Both the position numbers and the translations under genes were made by a program. This document shows, piece after piece, positions 63,430 through 64,000 of a stretch of 64,000 nucleotides of DNA; within the stretch, counting starts at the first letter, position 1, and every line of letters begins with the position of its first letter. The stretch lies in contig DASRPK010000118.1 of assembly GCA_035646395.1 (NCBI GenBank), forward strand, positions 5,920-69,919. Direction: 5' to 3'. The notes under the pieces are model-generated. The model was not told where the DNA came from and did not search any database. It was given only the letters and a program-made list of their open reading frames with translations. The DNA is from Gemmatimonadaceae bacterium (GTDB lineage: Bacteria > Gemmatimonadota > Gemmatimonadetes > Gemmatimonadales > Gemmatimonadaceae).

Positions 63430-64000
63430 TTAGGGGTTTCTTGCCGGAACGGCGGCTTTCAGCGCCTGTTCGCGTACGTTCTCGGGCTCCGGCGTGAAAT
63501 CCTCACCGGGGTTGATGAACCGGTCGTGCTCAAACCCGTATTGCCGGTCGTACAGCTCTCGATACCGGCCACCTAACGCCATCAACTGGGGGTGGGTTCC
63601 GCGCTCGACGATCCGGCCTTCTTCCATGACCAGGATCTGGTCAGCGGTCACGATCGTCGACAACCGGTGGGCAATGACAAACGTCGTCCGGCCGGTGCGC
63701 AGCGACCGGAGTCCGTCGCGGATCATCGCCTCACTCTCGCTGTCGAGGCTCGATGTCGCTTCGTCGAGGATCAGGATGCGGGGATCGGCCAGAATCGCCC
63801 GGGCGATCGCCACGCGCTGGCGCTGGCCGCCGGAGAGCTTCACGCCGCGTTCGCCGACAATCGTGTCGTACTGCTTTTCCCACTTCTCGACGAATTCATC
63901 GACGTGAGCGATGCGCGCCGCGCGGCGCACCGCTTCGTCCGTCGCGTCCGGATGCGCGTAGGCGATGTTCTCCCTGATCGTCCCGTCGAACAGGAAATTG
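63430..64000 (-). CDS. ABC transporter ATP-binding/permease protein, MsbA-like exporter (5' part outside window)
   Basis: [16 protein letters not shown] signature and [12 protein letters not shown] Walker B. The frame stays open upstream of the ORF-track Met to the window end (…[24 protein letters not shown]…). Confidence 0.85.
   Translation of the reverse strand, partial: NFLFDGTIRENIAYAHPDATDEAVRRAARIAHVDEFVEKWEKQYDTIVGERGVKLSGGQRQRVAIARAILADPRILILDEATSSLDSESEAMIRDGLRSLRTGRTTFVIAHRLSTIVTADQILVMEEGRIVERGTHPQLMALGGRYRELYDRQYGFEHDRFINPGEDFTPEPENVREQALKAAVPARNP

Noticed and set aside
4636-63577. The CGTTAGGC motif as a Chi- or KOPS-like polar signal.
   Set aside because: The orientation is balanced within the window: 26 versus 26 for the hexamer and 15 versus 14 for the 8-mer. 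A polar signal should be strongly skewed on one replichore. A terminus or origin inside the window would be needed to rescue the idea, and I see no evidence for either.

Overview
This window is a high-GC (about two-thirds G+C by eye) bacterial chromosomal segment. It is densely packed with housekeeping genes on both strands, many translationally coupled through ATGA, GTGA or TAGTG overlaps. I saw no rRNA, CRISPR array, transposase, integrase, prophage or recognisable defence or toxin-antitoxin cassette. The outer-membrane, LolA, SPOR and short RpoD-like sigma content points to a diderm. The proteins remind me of Gemmatimonadota-like lineages, but that is unverified.

Recognisable genes:
- Translation and ribosome: rsmI, tRNA-Gln(UUG), rplY, pth, rpsF, rpsR, rplI, rsfS, prmC, prfA, rpmE, rimO.
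- Metabolism: trxA, a methylmalonyl-CoA epimerase-like VOC protein, pdxJ, ispE, prs, DAHP synthase, tmk, hydantoinase/oxoprolinase A and B, an aldehyde dehydrogenase, a larE-like PP-loop ATPase, thpR, a nitronate monooxygenase-like protein, arginase, a TIGR00300 (LOR/SDH-type) protein.
- Envelope, chromosome and secretion: smc, a LolA-like protein, an S41 C-terminal processing protease, a SpoIID-like protein, lepB, comM/yifB, a partial ABC exporter.
- Regulation: a Crp/Fnr regulator, a Ser/Thr kinase with TPRs, a SARP/BTAD regulator, an RpoD-family sigma factor, an NtrC-type sigma-54 activator, a PAS-GGDEF-EAL protein.

The two most unusual signals are DNA-level, not gene cassettes:
1. The non-palindromic 8-mer CGTTAGGC/GCCTAACG (core GTTAGG/CCTAAC) is strongly over-represented. 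I counted 29 exact 8-mers and 52 hexamer cores by eye, in equal numbers on the two strands. Most lie inside unrelated genes, where the motif forces the otherwise very rare TTA Leu codon (TTA-GGN for Leu-Gly) or CCT-AAC (Pro-Asn).
2. At least 15 intergenic loci carry tandem repeats, mostly 7-nt units (GCAGGAA, GCAAGAA, GGATGGC, GGGGCAC, CACGAAT, GCTGATT and others). These often form the two arms of long hairpins that start directly at stop codons. Some loci share conserved cores. One inverted pair brackets a four-helix-bundle (23S-IVS-type) protein gene.

Secondary curiosities:
- a zinc-peptidase + TolB-like beta-propeller + Omp85-barrel fusion protein;
- a protein with HPt-like repeats that lack the phospho-accepting histidine;
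- prfA apparently starting at a CTG that overlaps the rpmE stop codon;
- an arginase / TIGR00300 gene pair.
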